In this document: piece after piece, positions 60,500 to 64,000 of the stretch
Numbering within the stretch: the stretch's first letter is position 1
How the letters are laid out: every line of letters starts with the position of its first letter
NCBI GenBank assembly: GCA_963752595.1
Contig: CAVVYZ010000022.1
Coordinates: forward strand, 112,043 to 176,042
Length of the DNA: 64,000 nt
Reading direction: 5' to 3'
Origin: an uncultured delta proteobacterium
GTDB lineage: Bacteria; Desulfobacterota; Desulfomonilia; UBA1062
The notes under the pieces: model-generated
Databases searched by the model: none
The model's input: the letters and a program-made list of their open reading frames with translations, nothing else
Told to the model about the DNA's origin: nothing
Made by a program: the position numbers and the translations under genes

Positions 60500-60952
60500 C
60501 TAGCGGAATAGGGTTAATTTTCTAACAAAGAAGTTCCAGCAATAAACAACTATTGTGGAGACGATCTTGGAGATGAGGTAATGAAAATGGATCTTTTCCG
60601 TAAAAAACCAAATGATGAGCTCGTTCAGACCTAGTCCGATGAGCCCGATAAATCCGAAAATGAAAAATTCCATCCACCGGGACTGAACAGCCCTCTTGTC
60701 AAAAACCCATAGGATGCTCAGACAATAGTTCGTACTCAGTCCGAATAGAAATGCTATGGCTGCAGAGATCAGGTAGTGGATGTGGAAAAACTCGGTCAGG
60801 GCAAAGAGGGAACCGAAATCGATGATGAAAGCGATTCCCCCTACAAAGGTGTAGCGAAACAACTGGATCAAGGTATTGTTGGTCTTGTTGATGAATAGAT
60901 CATCTACCAGCTTTCTTATGAGTAATCCGGATGCAGGAGAGAGTTGTTTCAC
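60500..60952 (-). CDS. GtrA family flippase-like protein
   Basis: Four TM helices; [26 protein letters not shown]. Confidence 0.9.
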   Translation of the reverse strand: MKQLSPASGLLIRKLVDDLFINKTNNTLIQLFRYTFVGGIAFIIDFGSLFALTEFFHIHYLISAAIAFLFGLSTNYCLSILWVFDKRAVQSRWMEFFIFGFIGLIGLGLNELIIWFFTEKIHFHYLISKIVSTIVVYCWNFFVRKLTLFR

Positions 60953-61268
60953 GGATATTATCCTCCTTATGGGGGTACAAAAATATATGCTTATTTTTTA
61001 AGATCTTAGATGAGCAACTAATTTTTTGTCAATTATTAAATTTTATGCGAGGTACACATCGGCAATAGTTCTACGTCCTTCTGCATACGATACGATCAGT
61101 TGATAGAGGAAAAAACCCATCACGATGACCAGATTAACTGTGCGTGGTAAAATCTTTAACTGATCTCTGGCCCTGTTTTAGTTCGATTGTTTTATGTGGG
61201 ATAAAAGCCATATTTTATACTGCATTTCGTCTACACAACTCTGCAGCAGCATGGAGCATATGCAAAAA

Positions 61269-61285
61269 TGTCGATTATTTTAACA
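61269..61285. promoter_or_regulatory. Possible enhancer site upstream of the PEP-CTERM gene
   Basis: TGT-N11-ACA about 185 bp upstream of the sigma54 promoter. Confidence 0.4.
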
Positions 61286-61469
61286 ATGCCTGGAAATTGT
61301 CTTTATATTTCATATCATATTGACATTATTTAACTATTTATTCATCATGAATTTTTGAATCTTTGATCCATCATCCTAATCCCATTCTAACTGTCGGCTT
61401 CCTTTACTAGTTTTTAATTTTTATCTCGATCATCCTTTTAAGTTATTGATTTATCTTATTTAATTATAT

Positions 61470-61484
61470 TGGCATTTGGATTGC
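61470..61484 (+). promoter_or_regulatory. sigma54 promoter of the PEP-CTERM gene
   Basis: TGGCAT-TTGGA-TTGC, near-consensus -24/-12. Confidence 0.75.
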
Positions 61485-61518
61485 TTTATAATTACAAACT
61501 GCAAGAGGAGATGATTAA

Positions 61519-62187
61519 ATGATCAAGAAACTTTCCATGGTAACATTAGTAATAATCAGTACGATCTTTGTAAGCTCTTTCGGTTATGCTTATGTCATCC
61601 AGTACGATGCAGGTGATTATACAATGCCGGTTGATAATGCTACATTCGTTTCGCGTGATTTCCGCGACAATGTCGACCTTAATCACGATTATTTCTATTT
61701 CTGGACCATTAACGATGTGGCTCAGGTGGACGATGGCACCCTGCAGATAGTATTTCATGACATATACAACTGGAGAGGCGACGAAGCGAATTGGCTCAAC
61801 GCCTACATAAGGAATGGAGGCAGCAACGATACACCCGGTTTCTCAACCCAATATGATGATGAGAGTCGTTCTGTACCCAACTGGGGCAGTTGGCTCTATG
61901 CAGGTACATGGTCCTATCCGATTCAACCCGATGCTCTTCCGGGTACTTTGCCCAGCCAGCATTATGATGTTGCTTTTGTTCTTGATCTTTCAACGGTGGA
62001 CCCGAACACCGGCTTAACCCTGGCGAATTACCTCACCGACGGCGGCACTTTCGTGATCGGCTTCGACCCTGATTGCCTCTATTACAGTGACGGAGTTACC
62101 GTGAATGCTCCTGTTCCGGAGCCTGCAACCCTTCTGCTGTTAGGCACAGGGTTACTGGGAATTGCAGGTTTTAGGAGGAAAAGCTAA
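61519..62187 (+). CDS. PEP-CTERM sorting domain protein
   Basis: Signal peptide; D/N/T-rich body; C-terminal VPEPATLLLLGTGLLGIAGFRRKS. Confidence 0.95.
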   Translation: MIKKLSMVTLVIISTIFVSSFGYAYVIQYDAGDYTMPVDNATFVSRDFRDNVDLNHDYFYFWTINDVAQVDDGTLQIVFHDIYNWRGDEANWLNAYIRNGGSNDTPGFSTQYDDESRSVPNWGSWLYAGTWSYPIQPDALPGTLPSQHYDVAFVLDLSTVDPNTGLTLANYLTDGGTFVIGFDPDCLYYSDGVTVNAPVPEPATLLLLGTGLLGIAGFRRKS

Positions 62188-62203
62188 TTCATTCCACTGT
62201 CCT

Positions 62204-62240
62204 AAAAAAATAGCTGAGCAAAAAGCTCAGCTATTTTTTT
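62204..62240. terminator. Bidirectional intrinsic terminator
   Basis: A7-TAGCTGAGC-AAAAA-GCTCAGCTA-T7 between convergent genes. Confidence 0.85.
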
Positions 62241-62318
62241 ACCTTATTTCCGAAAAACATTACTTAAGATACGCTGCTGGATACTGTATTATCTTCATTT
62301 TTTGATTTTAATTTCTAT

Positions 62319-63276
62319 TTATTGATTAACCCTAGCGTTAACCCCGGTGGGGGGAGGGTTCGGAGAAGTAGTATCGCCGTTCTGACCATTCCCGCCATAA
62401 ATCCGTTGCTCACAGTGAAATCATCAATCCAGAATGTCTGAGGGTGGGAAACACCATTGTGATAATAGGGAGCAATCATCACCTGGTTGAACATCATGGT
62501 GGGGTTTTGTCCAGTTCTGATGAATAACGTTCTCGTGATCAATGACGAGGACATTGTCCAGCCAGTACTTTACCTGGCCGTCAGCAACAGCCTTCCCGTT
62601 CACGATACTGTTCATCTTGAACTCTGGCCTCGACCAGATACCATTTACCATTCTGAATCAGGGCTGTCGGAGCCTTCCACCCCTTGCCGTTGTACCATCT
62701 CCCTCCTGAAGAGTATGCCGAACAATAATCATAACCACCAGGACTGCATCCATTTCCACCGGCAACCGCCCTGTTCTCGGTAATCTGGGTAAGATCCTGA
62801 TTAATTCTTGATGAGTCAATGTTCATGCCATCCTGGATTATCAGGTGCGGCCTACCATTATTGACCTCAATGTATGCCGTCATATTTGTCCATGCAGGGG
62901 CGGAATACGCCGATTGCTTATTTGTAAGAATATAAATTTCATGGGGACCATATGCCTGTCCGGTCCATGTCCAGTTATCGCTATATTTTACAAAAAATCG
63001 GATATGTATTTTATCGGTTGCAGGAGTCCCATGTCTCAAGGCTCCAAGGCCAGTTTGTCCTCCAGTAGTCGGATAAAGTAGCTCGAGTACATTGCTTTGT
63101 CGTTGGGAATCAAAAACAACCTTGTGTCCAGCGGTACCGTCATACCATCCGCGGGAGGCCAAGTTGGAATCAGTGAATTCTTCTTTAAAGTAAATATCAC
63201 CTGCAGATAAAGTGTTACAACAGAAAAAGGAAATGCAATATGCTATGGAAAGAGCTATGTAAGCCTTCATATTCAT
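62319..63276 (-). CDS. Secreted beta-sandwich protein, possibly polysaccharide-lyase/lectin-like (several frameshifts)
   Basis: Signal peptide; ORFs 62581..63327, 62424..62651 and 62315..62554 chain together (RFFVKYS, GKWYLVE, DGQVKYWLD, FWIDDF), ending DTTSPNPPPTGVNARVNQ*. Confidence 0.6.
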
Positions 63277-63298
63277 GATCGTTCTCCTTGTTTGTAAG

Positions 63299-63985
63299 TC
63301 ATTTATTTTCACCATGCCCAACGGCACCGGCCAATGGTTCTCTCGAATTCTTCAGCCAGGTAAAAAAACCCCACCTATACAGCTCGCCAACCTTATTAAA
63401 ACCTGCCTTTTCAATATAGCTTATCGACACACTATTCCCTGAATCAGGCACTGCCCAGACACCTTTGGTTCCGTCTCTCTTGTGATTATGCGACAGACAT
63501 TGAATTGCTCGAAAATAAAGCTGTTTTCCTCTATAAAGAGGCAGGCAGTAGGCAAAATTCATCTCGACAGTACCTTGTGTGATGTGGATGAGCCCGCTAG
63601 AGTCCTTGCTGCTTGTCCAGATAATAAAAGCCAAATCACCTTTTACAATTCCAATGAAGCAACGCTCCTCAATCCCGATCACGTCTCTGTAAAAGTCGGA
63701 GGGCAATCCTTGGGCATCTTTCCTGAGATATGCAAGATCTTTTCTGCTGACTTCCTTGACTTCTATATCACCGGGTAAAGGATCCAGTTGCTTAATCTCT
63801 TTTGTAAGATCCAAATAATAGATAATGTACTTTGTAACCTTGAAGAACCTGTTTCTCAATCTCCTGAAAGTCTTTTCCAGTGGCTCCTGCTTTAGATCGA
63901 CAAACAGCCTCCTTATATCACTTGTCAACCTTGTAATCATGTCCTGCTGGATTTCTTTAGAGGAGAAACAGCAATTTATCCTCAT
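63299..63985 (-). CDS. GNAT family N-acetyltransferase
   Basis: YCLPLYRGKQLY acetyl-CoA motif; N..S...IEKAGF. Start uncertain. Confidence 0.75.
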   Translation of the reverse strand: MRINCCFSSKEIQQDMITRLTSDIRRLFVDLKQEPLEKTFRRLRNRFFKVTKYIIYYLDLTKEIKQLDPLPGDIEVKEVSRKDLAYLRKDAQGLPSDFYRDVIGIEERCFIGIVKGDLAFIIWTSSKDSSGLIHITQGTVEMNFAYCLPLYRGKQLYFRAIQCLSHNHKRDGTKGVWAVPDSGNSVSISYIEKAGFNKVGELYRWGFFTWLKNSREPLAGAVGHGENK

Positions 63986-64000
63986 ACCCCAGATTCCTTA

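Overview
A 64 kb chromosomal segment that looks like an anaerobic deltaproteobacterium (Desulfobacterota/Desulfomonilia-like; inferred from gene content, not proven). It is mostly housekeeping and envelope genes: an amino-acid ABC transporter, znuACB, hflKC, purMN, a ZraSR/NtrBC-type two-component system, class I adenylate cyclase, lgt, carD-PIN/TRAM-ispDF-cysS-uvrB, tRNA-Phe, asmA, ugd, and the edge of an exopolysaccharide/PEP-CTERM locus. One complete IS (5621-7036) has 18-bp inverted repeats and a TTTAA duplication. There is no CRISPR array, prophage or rRNA. Many genes, including essential ones (cysS, ispD), carry single-base frameshifts, so the assembly is probably error-prone and pseudogene calls need caution. 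The best leads are: (1) a structured, ORF-less ~155-nt transcript with its own sigma54 promoter, enhancer sites and terminator, divergent from the two-component system; it shares a conserved anti-SD plus terminator 3' module with a second candidate sRNA at ~5.5 kb; (2) a ribbon-helix-helix/Cys-His zinc-finger regulator heading znuACB, with a TAATAC operator array over its promoter; (3) a GtrA / UGM-like flavoenzyme / GT-C glycosylation cassette; (4) a family of CCCTCTCCC...GGGAGAGGG palindromic repeats, one with MITE-like ends.
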